Positions 19,663 to 29,133 of a DNA stretch of 64,000 nucleotides are shown here, piece by piece. A model generated the notes under the pieces. It searched no databases and was not told the DNA's origin. It was given only the letters and a program-made list of their open reading frames with translations. Within the stretch, counting starts at the first letter, position 1. Each line of letters starts with the position of its first letter. This DNA comes from Bdellovibrionales bacterium. Lineage in GTDB: Bacteria > Bdellovibrionota > Bdellovibrionia > Bdellovibrionales > JAGQZY01. The DNA lies in the NCBI GenBank assembly GCA_964230645.1, contig CAXRHT010000002.1, positions 1,536,001 to 1,600,000 on the forward strand, in the 5' to 3' direction. The position numbers were made by a program, and so were the translations under genes.

Positions 19663-21109
19663 AGGTAATTCCTGAAAACAACAAAAAGACTAACAGAGAT
19701 GAGAGTAGGAGGGAAGGCATATAGAGCAGAGCTTTTTCCAGCCGATAATTGGACATCAGCTCTTTAATTTCATAGGCAAGGCTTCCCGAATGCTGCGAAT
19801 CTATGAGAAGGCCGGTGATCGCAAAATCTCCGGCCGCCCACAGACTACAGAGTCCCGATAAAAAAGCCATCTGAGGAAGAACTTGGGGAAAAACCACCTG
19901 TTTGAATGTCTTAGCCCAAGGAGTCGGTAAAGTCCTAGTAATTACCATTTGTTTTTTCAGATCTTTGAGTTTTTGGTGAAAACTCAGACGGTAAACAAAG
20001 GGAAGGTAAAGAAGAGCCTGGGCACTGGATATTTTTATCAGACTTAAAAAGGCCGAGTCTCCCGGTAAAAGTAAAAAAGCAAACCCGACAATCACCCACC
20101 CTGGATAAACTAAACTTAATAACCACTTCCCCGACTTTTCGGGCAGGTAAGCAAAAGAAAGAGCTGAAAGATAAAAGAAAATCTGTAGTCCCGTTAAAAG
20201 GGAAATAAACCAGGTGCCATGAACCAATGGAAAAATAGAGTCCATGTTTAACATCCAGCCACTCTTTAAAAAAATCAAAGAAAGCCCAAGGCACAGTAGG
20301 AAAACGGGCACCAAAGGGAAAATAATACTAAAACTGTTCGACATTGAGCCGAGAAAAGACGGCCCCTGTCCTGTCCAAATCTCTCCGCTGTCTTCTTGAT
20401 CGAGAAAGCGCGACAGAATGAGAAGAATGAAAAAGAGGTAAAGGGAGTATTGAATGGCCTCTCCCCACATTCCAAAGAGTAGAATTTTTTCGTAAATAAA
20501 AACTTCAAACCCTCCGTAAACACTCCCTCCAACAAGAAATGGAATAGAAAAACTAAAAAAGAAGAGAACAAAAAAATAAAATACTAATAACAGAATATCT
20601 TTTTTAAGCTCTGGTAAAAGTCCCTTCAATATAAAACGCAAAGCTGGCACACCCGCCACTAAAGAGTCTCTCGCGACTCTTTGGCTTTTTAACTCCATTT
20701 GCTTATGAAGCAGGTAAGACACGAGACCAACATTCATAACAACATGATAAAAAACCACACCCACGAGGCCTGTCGGTAGGAATGAAAGAGATTTTGCCAC
20801 AAGCAAAACAAGAACAATCGGCGGGATAAAACAAGGTGAGACCACTACAAAACACAATATGCGATGCGAGCTTGCCGACATTTTTGATTTGAGCCGACTC
20901 AATGAGAGTGCGCCGAAAAAACCAAGAAAAAGGCAAAACAAGAGACTTAAAAAAGTTTGCGTGAGCGCCCCCTTGAAAACATCAACTAAAAAAGGGTCCC
21001 AGTACAACTGATGAAATGGAATATGAAATCCTAAAAACAGAAGCGGAAATAGAAGGAGGCTAAATAAAAAATAGAAGACGGTCCGTCTTAGTAAAAGACT
21101 TTTTTCCAC
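19634..21109 (-). CDS. thiP: ABC permease, two fused halves (ThiP-like)
   Basis: About 12 TM segments, duplicated permease layout, overlaps both neighbours. Confidence 0.7.
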   Translation of the reverse strand: MEKSLLLRRTVFYFLFSLLLFPLLFLGFHIPFHQLYWDPFLVDVFKGALTQTFLSLLFCLFLGFFGALSLSRLKSKMSASSHRILCFVVVSPCFIPPIVLVLLVAKSLSFLPTGLVGVVFYHVVMNVGLVSYLLHKQMELKSQRVARDSLVAGVPALRFILKGLLPELKKDILLLVFYFFVLFFFSFSIPFLVGGSVYGGFEVFIYEKILLFGMWGEAIQYSLYLFFILLILSRFLDQEDSGEIWTGQGPSFLGSMSNSFSIIFPLVPVFLLCLGLSLIFLKSGWMLNMDSIFPLVHGTWFISLLTGLQIFFYLSALSFAYLPEKSGKWLLSLVYPGWVIVGFAFLLLPGDSAFLSLIKISSAQALLYLPFVYRLSFHQKLKDLKKQMVITRTLPTPWAKTFKQVVFPQVLPQMAFLSGLCSLWAAGDFAITGLLIDSQHSGSLAYEIKELMSNYRLEKALLYMPSLLLSSLLVFLLFSGITYVSRSKDLS

Positions 21110-22125
21110 TTATTGATCAACTCACGCTTACGTTTGATAAGAGAAAGACTCTCTATGGGTTTGTAGAATTCCACATCGGGAAGCTTGAAACCGGACCCTT
21201 GCATGGCTCGCTGGTCCACAGGAAACATATAGTTTTTTGACATGATGATTTTCTGGATCTCAGTGGTTAACAAAAACTGTGCAAACTGCGCAGCTCCCTG
21301 ACAGTTTCCACAAAATTTCGGTATTCCCATATACTCCACTTGAACCGGGTGAGGACGGTCCATGGGCATGGAATTGTATTGACTCTCACCCTCCTCGATC
21401 AAATGATAAAACGGCGAGGAAAAATAAGAGAACACCATGGAGGGCTTTTCCATTTTGAAAATGCTGTAACTAGAAGACCAGCTCGGGGACATTATTTTAA
21501 TGGAAGGTTTCAGACTTTTTAGGAATTCAAAGCCTTTGTCTTCTCCCATCGCTGTTAGAACCCACAGTAGAAACTGAAGACCGGGTGAGCTCATCCTCGG
21601 GTCTTGTAATATAATTTGATCTTTGTACTGATTCTTTGTGAGGTCTTCCAAGCGTCTGGCGGGCTCTACCTCCCCCTCACGGTAAACAAAACTAAGAGGA
21701 CCCCAATCATAGGCCACGAAATCGTTATACTGGGATTTGCCAGGAAGTTGACTGGGGAAATCCAAAGAGACCTCTTCTCTTAAATCCAACCACTCGAAAT
21801 TTCTACGAGCTTCAAAAACAGAAAATTGGTCAAAACCGATGATAATATCGGGAGCGTCTGAATCTTTTTTAAATTTTAATCTCTCAATGATTAGACCGGC
21901 GTTACCTGCATTGATCCACTCTACTTTGGTTCCCGTGCTCTCAAAAAACTTTTGGGCAATTTCAGGCCCCGGTCCCCATTTATTAATGAAAGAGGAATAG
22001 GTCAGAACCCTCACGGTGTTTTCTGCACGATTTTTCTCTGAATCGACTGCCAAGTATGGGAGCCCTAAAATAGCGACTATGATTAGGCAACCCATCAAAT
22101 AGGATAAAAAGAGTTTCTGGTTCAT
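21088..22125 (-). CDS. thiB: Thiamine ABC substrate-binding protein
   Basis: YSSFINKWGPGP, QDPRMSSPGLQFL, SWSSSY, QVEY, NYMFP match TbpA/ThiB family. Confidence 0.85.
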   Translation of the reverse strand: MNQKLFLSYLMGCLIIVAILGLPYLAVDSEKNRAENTVRVLTYSSFINKWGPGPEIAQKFFESTGTKVEWINAGNAGLIIERLKFKKDSDAPDIIIGFDQFSVFEARRNFEWLDLREEVSLDFPSQLPGKSQYNDFVAYDWGPLSFVYREGEVEPARRLEDLTKNQYKDQIILQDPRMSSPGLQFLLWVLTAMGEDKGFEFLKSLKPSIKIMSPSWSSSYSIFKMEKPSMVFSYFSSPFYHLIEEGESQYNSMPMDRPHPVQVEYMGIPKFCGNCQGAAQFAQFLLTTEIQKIIMSKNYMFPVDQRAMQGSGFKLPDVEFYKPIESLSLIKRKRELINKWKKVFY

Positions 22126-22133
22126 CCACTCTC

Positions 22134-22616
22134 CTACCAGAGGAGGCCACGACGACTTTTATAGAAATAAAAATCGAGCCCTAAACAACGGCCGGCACCC
22201 AAGAGACAAAAAAGAACATGGATATAGAAAAGATAAATTTGTCCCGGGCTTGAGGCGAACTCAAAATACAAATAAATATGAAGAGATAAAACCATCCCAA
22301 TAAGACTTGCGATTCGCACTCCAAGGCCCAATATATAGGAAACCCCAACAATGAGTTCTAGAGCTAGCAGAATGTAGGTCATTAAAAGCCACTGAGACTG
22401 AATCAGGCTTTTGAAAATTTCAAAGTAGATTCCAAAGGCAATCTGAGGTCCCTCTGTTAGGTTAAGTCTTTCACTAATATAGGGATGATCTAAATAACCC
22501 GTCCCAACTCTTTCAAATACTTTCGAAACAGCCTGTACGCCGAGAAAAATTCGAACCAGAGCCAGAGGCCACATATGACCCACATAACGGATGCTTTCTA
22601 AAAAGGATGCAATCAT
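22134..22616 (-). CDS. DoxX-family membrane protein
   Basis: LVRIFLG, ELIVG..ILGL..RIAS, GAGRCLGLD. Confidence 0.75.
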   Translation of the reverse strand: MIASFLESIRYVGHMWPLALVRIFLGVQAVSKVFERVGTGYLDHPYISERLNLTEGPQIAFGIYFEIFKSLIQSQWLLMTYILLALELIVGVSYILGLGVRIASLIGMVLSLHIYLYFEFASSPGQIYLFYIHVLFCLLGAGRCLGLDFYFYKSRRGLLW

Positions 22617-22830
22617 AGGCTTACTCTCTCATGTTTCTCGCCTTCAGGCTAGCCTGAAAACTAAGGGAACCCAACTTGGGGCGAGTTGAAAGCACTTTTT
22701 GCCGCCCCTAGAAAAAGGAAAAATGTCATCCTGCGCGGATACCTTAGATCACAAGAAACACGACTGGAATTTTGTCCTGTCTTTTTTCGCTTTCCAAGAC
22801 AGTTTTTACGAGAAATCTTAGAATAAAAGA

Positions 22831-23925
22831 ATGGAAGTAAAAAAGCCTAATACCCAACACTGGAAGCAAATTGATCAATTTTTAACGGAAACCCTAAGGC
22901 CAGGGTCTCAGTGGAATCTCGCTGAAGAGTATCCCCTCGCCTTTTCGGAAAAAAACCGAGCCAATATTCGCTTCATTGAAAATGAGGACAAAGTTCTGGC
23001 TCATGCTGTAATGCAGCCCAGTCTTATTCGTACCCATTATCATTTGTTTAAAGTCGGGCTCATTGGAAGTGTTGTCACCGATCCCGACAACCAGGGAAAA
23101 GGTTACAGCAAGCAAATTATAAAAAGTTGTCTGGATGCCTGCCAAGAGCAAAACTGTGATTTTTCGATCCTTTGGACAGACCTGTTCAATTTTTATTCAA
23201 AGTTTGGTTTTGAAATCGCCGGATCAGAAATTGCTCTGCAAATTGATTCAAAGTTTAAACCTGAAAACATGGCAGATGTCAGAATCATGGATACTCCTAA
23301 AGTGTCCCCGCAGGCTCTCTTAAAAGTTTACAATCAACACAATTTGAAAACTGTTCGGCAACTCTCAGATATTGAAAAGTATTTGAAAATTCCTAACTCT
23401 AAAATTTACACAGCGTGGAACAAGAAGACCCAGGCTTTAGAAGCTTACTGCGTTATGGGCAAAGGCGCTGATTTCCAAGGCTATATACACGAATGGGGTG
23501 GAAAAGTTTCAGCACTAATGAGTCTTTTAAGGAAGATGAGTCAAGATTCCACACAACCAATCACCTTAATCAGCCCTCCTCAGTGCACTAACCTGATCAA
23601 ACAAATGGAACAGGCCGGAGCTCAAAAATTTTACGGAGTGCTTGGAATGATCAAAATCATTGATCGCGCTTCTTTTTGCAAAAAAATTAAAAAAGGAGCT
23701 CGTGCTCTTGGGTATGAGTCCTTTGTGTTTGAATATCGCGATGACCAGTATTACTTCGGTTATGGTGACGAAATCTATGCCACCGACTCCGATGCCGATA
23801 TCACTCGCTTGGTTTTTGGTCCTATTGAGCCAAAACAAATTCACAAATTCAGCGATCAAGCTCTCGAGGCTCTCGAGCAAATCTTTCCCATTCCTTTTTG
23901 GGTTTGGGGCTGGGATTCAATATGA
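22831..23925 (+). CDS. GNAT-family N-acetyltransferase (Eis-like)
   Basis: IGSVVTDPDNQGKGYS acetyl-CoA motif; FYSKFGF. Confidence 0.8.
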   Translation: MEVKKPNTQHWKQIDQFLTETLRPGSQWNLAEEYPLAFSEKNRANIRFIENEDKVLAHAVMQPSLIRTHYHLFKVGLIGSVVTDPDNQGKGYSKQIIKSCLDACQEQNCDFSILWTDLFNFYSKFGFEIAGSEIALQIDSKFKPENMADVRIMDTPKVSPQALLKVYNQHNLKTVRQLSDIEKYLKIPNSKIYTAWNKKTQALEAYCVMGKGADFQGYIHEWGGKVSALMSLLRKMSQDSTQPITLISPPQCTNLIKQMEQAGAQKFYGVLGMIKIIDRASFCKKIKKGARALGYESFVFEYRDDQYYFGYGDEIYATDSDADITRLVFGPIEPKQIHKFSDQALEALEQIFPIPFWVWGWDSI

Positions 23926-24695
23926 AAAAATTAGTACTTCTTCTAATGCCCCTGGTTTGTCTCTCCTGTCAGCGCGAGCCCAACAAGACGGCTGCCAATT
24001 ACACCAGTGAATCCGCAATTGAGAGAGCTCAGAACAAAAGCCTCTCAAAGCTTAATCCCTACTCGGTCCGCGCAGGCCAGTGGGTGCACTTTATTGAAAC
24101 TCAAGAAGTTATCAGTTCACAGGGATCCAATTCCTTTCTTAGTAAAGAATGGACGACAGAGGTGGGTCAAGTCGAAGACCTCCCCGATGGTCCACTCATC
24201 ACTCTTTTTAGAAAAGTGACCGACTATTTGCTCGATGAAAATTTTGTTTATGAGTTTAAAGAGGTCATGCAGTTTTTGCCGCCAGAGGTGGTCAACCAAC
24301 AAAAATTCAACCCACTAAAAGATGACTACCACACCTTTTCTAAAACTCTTTCACGCCTAAAAGAAACCAGTGAAAGACAAAATGAAATCGTCGGAGTCTC
24401 TTACCAGAATCTTCAGGTCAAGCGAGTGATTATCTCCCCACCTGAAAATGTAAAAAAGTTGCCCGACTGCGCAGGTGTTTCCAATTGCAAACTCGAAGGT
24501 GACCAAATCACTTACGATGTGGTGTTCCTTTTTGAGGACGAGTCCACCCAACGACATACGGTCGAGTGGCTGGTCAGTGAAGACGTCCCTTTTTACGCAG
24601 GCCTCTTGAAACAATGCACGACAAGCTTTGTCCCGGTCGATGATTTGCGAGTTTTGGTGAAGCAATGCCGAGACGTGGTCGACTTCAAAAAGTAA
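23922..24695 (+). CDS. Hypothetical lipoprotein
   Basis: ATGA overlap with upstream stop; MKKLVLLLMPLVCLS-C lipobox. Confidence 0.7.
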   Translation: MKKLVLLLMPLVCLSCQREPNKTAANYTSESAIERAQNKSLSKLNPYSVRAGQWVHFIETQEVISSQGSNSFLSKEWTTEVGQVEDLPDGPLITLFRKVTDYLLDENFVYEFKEVMQFLPPEVVNQQKFNPLKDDYHTFSKTLSRLKETSERQNEIVGVSYQNLQVKRVIISPPENVKKLPDCAGVSNCKLEGDQITYDVVFLFEDESTQRHTVEWLVSEDVPFYAGLLKQCTTSFVPVDDLRVLVKQCRDVVDFKK

Positions 24696-24890
24696 TTCTC
24701 TAGAAACCCAAGTGACTTCAACCCCTGAGGTCTTTTGGGTTTGCAGTTTTCTACACAAATTGGGCCATATCCAATCCTTTCCCTCCAAGGACTAAAACTT
24801 TCCCTTGCCTAAGGGCATTGAAGCGGTGTGAAGTTACCTTTTGCGGGGATTTCCAGTAATATGAGCCCTTCAGATTAAGGAAGGTGAATT

Positions 24891-25541
24891 ATGAAGAAAA
24901 TTGCGTTCGTCCTATCAGGTTGTGGATATCAAGATGGGGCCGAAATTACAGAATCCGTAAGCTGTATGATCGCTCTCTCTGAGCTTGGAACAGATGTGCA
25001 ATTTTTCGCACCCAATAGTGATTTTGAATCTGTTGACCATTTGAGTGGAGATAAAAACGGCTCTCGAAATATTCAAAGCGAGAGTGCTCGTATCACAAGA
25101 GGTAAAATAGAGGATCTCACCTCTCTTGAGCCTGACAATTTCGATGCTCTTATTTTCCCAGGTGGCTTTGGAGCGGCCCTTAATCTTTGTGACTGGGCTA
25201 AAAAAGGTTCAAATTGTAAAGTCAATCCAGACGTCGTCCGCATCATCCGTGGTTTTAATTCTCAGAGCAAACCCATTGGCGCCTGCTGCATTTCACCTGT
25301 GCTTTTAGCCAAAGTTCTTGGTGATCAGGAAATCACCCTCACCATCGGAAAAGATCCTGAAACCGCCCAGGAAATCCAAAAAACAGGAGCGGTGCACGAA
25401 TACTGCCCCGTCGACGACTATATCACCGACCGAGCTAACAAAATTGTAACAACCCCAGCCTATATGTACGACGACGCTGAACCTCACAAAGTGTTTCAAG
25501 GCATTCAAGGACTGGTCAAAGAATTGGTGGAAATGGCATGA
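24891..25541 (+). CDS. elbB: ElbB/ES1 family glyoxalase (DJ-1/PfpI superfamily)
   Basis: LSGCGYQDGAEITE, ESARITRG, PGGFGAALNL, CISP, TTPAYM. Confidence 0.9.
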   Translation: MKKIAFVLSGCGYQDGAEITESVSCMIALSELGTDVQFFAPNSDFESVDHLSGDKNGSRNIQSESARITRGKIEDLTSLEPDNFDALIFPGGFGAALNLCDWAKKGSNCKVNPDVVRIIRGFNSQSKPIGACCISPVLLAKVLGDQEITLTIGKDPETAQEIQKTGAVHEYCPVDDYITDRANKIVTTPAYMYDDAEPHKVFQGIQGLVKELVEMA

Positions 25542-26611
25542 ATATTAAAACAGTAGCCTTAATTTTTGGCGGCCCGAGTGCCGAACACGATGTCTCTTTA
25601 GTTTCTGCTAAAAACATCTACACCCAACTTAAAGAAATTGTGGAAAAAGTGGTTCTTCTCGGAGTCTCCAAAGATCGAGAGTGGAAACTTATTGAAGAGT
25701 CTCACCTGCTTTCAACAAACTTCGAAAAGCCTTTGGACCTTACTCAAGTGGGAACGGAAGTGTTCTTAAAATACGACGGACATAAAGTTTTGATCTACGA
25801 TCAACATGGTAACCATGTTTCTGAAGAGCCCATTGACTTGGCCTTTCCTATTATTCATGGCCCCTACGGAGAAGACGGCGAGCTTCAAAATATGATGAGC
25901 GAGTGGGATCTTCCCTTTGTAGGAAGTGCTTCGGCTGGCTGTGCCCATGCTTTTGATAAAGGAAAAACAAAAAACATTTTAAAAGACGAAGATGTGCCCC
26001 AGGCTTCCTTTCTTATTTTTGAAAAAGAAACTCCAAGCTTCAAAGAAATTGAGGACCAACTAGGGCTTCCGGTTTTTGTTAAGCCTGCTAATATGGGCTC
26101 CTCGCTAGGAATCTCTAAAGTCAAATCTGAAAAAGAATGGGAAACTGCTCTCAGTGAAGCTAAAAAGCATGACAAAAAAATCTTGGTGGAAAAGGCCATT
26201 CAAAATTGTCGAGAGATCGAGTGCGCCCTTCTAGAAACAGACTCAGGCCTGCAGGTTTCAGGTCTTGGGGAAATCAAACCAAGTCACGAGTTTTATTCCT
26301 ACGATGCCAAGTACATTGACCCTAACGGAGCTGAGCTCATTATCCCCGCTGTGGTTGATGCTGGTATCGAACAAAAAATTCAGGATTTAGCCAAAAAGTG
26401 TTTTGAAAAACTGGACTGTCGAGACTACGCCAGGGCGGACTTCTTTATTGACGCAAACAATGAAGTCTATTTCAACGAAATAAACACCCATCCAGGCTTT
26501 ACCGACATTAGCATGTTCCCCTCACTTTGGGCCCATGAAGGAATAAAAGCCCGCGAGTTGGTTTCAAAGCTGATTGATCGAGCTAAAGAACGCATGGAAA
26601 AAAGAATTTAA
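25538..26611 (+). CDS. ddl: D-alanine--D-alanine ligase
   Basis: GGPSAEHDVS, HGPYGEDG, KPANMGSSLG, YDAKY, NEINTHPGFT. Confidence 0.95.
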   Translation: MNIKTVALIFGGPSAEHDVSLVSAKNIYTQLKEIVEKVVLLGVSKDREWKLIEESHLLSTNFEKPLDLTQVGTEVFLKYDGHKVLIYDQHGNHVSEEPIDLAFPIIHGPYGEDGELQNMMSEWDLPFVGSASAGCAHAFDKGKTKNILKDEDVPQASFLIFEKETPSFKEIEDQLGLPVFVKPANMGSSLGISKVKSEKEWETALSEAKKHDKKILVEKAIQNCREIECALLETDSGLQVSGLGEIKPSHEFYSYDAKYIDPNGAELIIPAVVDAGIEQKIQDLAKKCFEKLDCRDYARADFFIDANNEVYFNEINTHPGFTDISMFPSLWAHEGIKARELVSKLIDRAKERMEKRI

Positions 26612-26627
26612 AAAGAATGGGAGCGCT

Positions 26628-27329
26628 TTAGGTCTTTACTTTTCCTAAGGCTCTTTTGTGCTCCTCACCCAACCACAAAGAATTAAAAGCAGACTTTTGA
26701 TCATTGTGGTTTTGCAATATTGTTCGTTGGCTTTGAGATCCTCGTTTCTCAATATTGTCGATCCACTTTAAGGCCTCTTTCATGAGATTCGATGAAAGAT
26801 AAATTTGATCCACCAACCCAACACTCTTGGCCTGATAAGAAGAAAAAGTTCTGGCTTCCAAAAGCCAATTTTGAAGATCTTTACTTGAAACTTTTTTAGA
26901 GAGCCGCTCTTGACCGCCCCAACCAAAAGTCAATCCGACCCTCCGCTGCCAAAGACCAAATAAGCTATGAGGTGCTGCAAAGACTTTATCAAAAGCCGCT
27001 ACAAGCTCCACTCCCCCACCAATACACAAACCTTCAACAAGGCAGATCTTCGGAACCGGGAGCGACTGCAAATAGTCTAAAATTTCAGTGATTCTTTGGT
27101 TGTGAGCAAGACCCTCATCTTTATTTTTAAGTCTTTTGTAAAAAGGAAGATTTCCTCCGGAACAGAAGACCGGCCCCTCAGATTTTAGCAGAACGGATTG
27201 GAATCGGGATTCTTTTAGGGCCTTATGAAACTCTTCAGCCATAGGCGGACTAAAAGCATTACGACTCTCAGGATCACTGAGAGTCAGTATAAGGGTGTTG
27301 TTTCGAATTTCTTTTTTAAGCAACGGCAT
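26628..27329 (-). CDS. Enoyl-CoA hydratase/isomerase family protein
   Basis: RNAF, FCSGGNL, CIGGGVEL; start taken at ATG 27329 overlapping upstream PilZ gene. Confidence 0.8.
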   Translation of the reverse strand: MPLLKKEIRNNTLILTLSDPESRNAFSPPMAEEFHKALKESRFQSVLLKSEGPVFCSGGNLPFYKRLKNKDEGLAHNQRITEILDYLQSLPVPKICLVEGLCIGGGVELVAAFDKVFAAPHSLFGLWQRRVGLTFGWGGQERLSKKVSSKDLQNWLLEARTFSSYQAKSVGLVDQIYLSSNLMKEALKWIDNIEKRGSQSQRTILQNHNDQKSAFNSLWLGEEHKRALGKVKT

Positions 27330-28005
27330 AATCAAGAAGATACTGGTAAACGAGTTTTTGTGAAACAAACTCTAACCCAGCCTCTCCAGACTTGTCAGCA
27401 TTTTCCTTTTTCCAAACCACTCGGGCACTCATTGTGCGTTGTTTTTGGATCTTCTCAAAGTTGAAGTGAAGCCGTAGGAGATCTCCCTTTTTGAGCCCCT
27501 CCATATTGCCTTCGATTCGAACTCCACTGCGAGAAATATTACAAATCGTGGTCTCCATCTCAAAGTCTGAGCTATAGGCTTGAATGGTTGCGTGTTCTCT
27601 AACGTCAAAGCGTTGATCTCTGCGTCCGCGCATGTCCTCAATATTAATGCAGTTCTTCACCAGTCCTTGCAGCTGCTCAGGCTCATAAGGTCTTTCAAGC
27701 AGATAAATGGCCCGATTGGCGGCCAGCTCTTTTCTATCAAATTCCGGTGACATGCGTCCCAGAAAAACAATAGGTCCTGAAAATCCCGTCTTTCTCATCT
27801 TCACAACAAGTGGAAAAATCATTTTAGTAATAATACTGATATCGAAAACAACGACGTGGCAATTCTCATCGAGTCCTGATTGCAAGAAAGATGGACGGAT
27901 CGACGTGACTTTTATATCTTCTAAAGATGTGAGCAAAGGCTCTAATTCACTTTTAATGAGCCGCAACTGCTCCTGATTCTGGCCACTTATAACCAGCTTC
28001 TTCAC
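27316..28005 (-). CDS. Receiver-like + PilZ domain protein
   Basis: RxxxR (RRDQR) and NISRSG c-di-GMP motifs; ARVVW, GLEF. Confidence 0.85.
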   Translation of the reverse strand: MKKLVISGQNQEQLRLIKSELEPLLTSLEDIKVTSIRPSFLQSGLDENCHVVVFDISIITKMIFPLVVKMRKTGFSGPIVFLGRMSPEFDRKELAANRAIYLLERPYEPEQLQGLVKNCINIEDMRGRRDQRFDVREHATIQAYSSDFEMETTICNISRSGVRIEGNMEGLKKGDLLRLHFNFEKIQKQRTMSARVVWKKENADKSGEAGLEFVSQKLVYQYLLDYAVA

Positions 28006-28100
28006 AAGTCCCCCCCTTGTGTATTCAATAAAATCTCTTTAAAATTTTAAGTCCATTTTATTCTACTGGGAAGACACTGTCTCACTCTGAGAAATAATGG

Positions 28101-28787
28101 CTAAAATTCATTCAGTAGGGCTTCGTACACCGTCGACTTAGAAACAAACTTCAAGCCTGCCATACGGTCAGCCGTACCTACCTCACCTGATGTCCAGACA
28201 ACCTCTGCCGACATGGTGTGGTTTTTCTTGAGTTCATCGAGCTCAAAGCAGACTCGCAAAAGATCACCTTTTGATAAGTCACTTAATTCACCCACGATAT
28301 GAACTCCTCCCTTGGATATATTGGAGATCAACGAATAGGAACTAAAGTCCTTGTTGTAGGACTCCAAGAGAGCTTTTTGTTGAGTATCAAAACGACGAAA
28401 GCGACGCTGATGCACTTGTGCGTCTTTTAGATACTTGATGGCAATACCCTGGAGATCTTTATTCTCATAGGGCTTTTCAATAATTGTTACATTTTTGAGA
28501 TCGGCAAATTGATCAATAAGACGAGGATCAGGAACTTTCACAAGTAAAAGGATGGGGCCAAGATACCCCAGAGAGCGCCAGTGGGAGATGCTACTTCTCA
28601 TTGCCGAGTTAAAATGTTGGCAGTTATAAACCAAGAGATTGTATTTGTTATTGATCATACTTGGTAAATTAGCGGGACGAGAGCCAACGAATTGGGCCGC
28701 ACCCACATGTTTTTCGATGGGATGAAGTCGTTTTTCAATAAGGCTATTATCACTTTCATTGCGACTGACTATCAGTACTTTTAACAT
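28101..28787 (-). CDS. Receiver-like + PilZ domain protein (paralogue)
   Basis: QRRFRR, NISKGG, AEVVW, GLKF. Confidence 0.85.
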   Translation of the reverse strand: MLKVLIVSRNESDNSLIEKRLHPIEKHVGAAQFVGSRPANLPSMINNKYNLLVYNCQHFNSAMRSSISHWRSLGYLGPILLLVKVPDPRLIDQFADLKNVTIIEKPYENKDLQGIAIKYLKDAQVHQRRFRRFDTQQKALLESYNKDFSSYSLISNISKGGVHIVGELSDLSKGDLLRVCFELDELKKNHTMSAEVVWTSGEVGTADRMAGLKFVSKSTVYEALLNEF

Positions 28788-29100
28788 GAATATCCTCTCG
28801 TTAAACCCGTCACTAAACTCTTCGGAGTGACTCGTTTGAATCTTACGGTCCTGTACGAAACTGAAGCAGAAACTGTTTCTTTTTGATAATATTCCTTCTC
28901 ACAACGAAGCTCTTTAAAAGGCGACCAGAGGTTTGACAATTCCAGGGAATTTCGAAAAGGAAATAGCACAAGTGCTTAGAAATGGTTGGGTTTCATAGAA
29001 GTCTATTTTTTTAAAATGAAACAAGATCTGAGAGAATGTTGCTTAATTAAGAGGGGCCATTCAGCCAGCCAAAGAGATAAAATGACTTTATTTAAGACAT

Positions 29101-29132
29101 AAAAAAAGGGAGTTTAAAAACTCCCTTTTTAT
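29101..29132. terminator. Intrinsic terminator downstream of citrate synthase
   Basis: AAAAAAAGGGAGTTT-AA-AAACTCCCTTTTT hairpin with A/T tracts. Confidence 0.75.
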
Positions 29133-29133
29133 T

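Noticed and set aside
22617..22830. Possible TPP riboswitch upstream of the thiamine transporter operon
   Set aside because: Conserved aptamer core not found by eye on the minus strand
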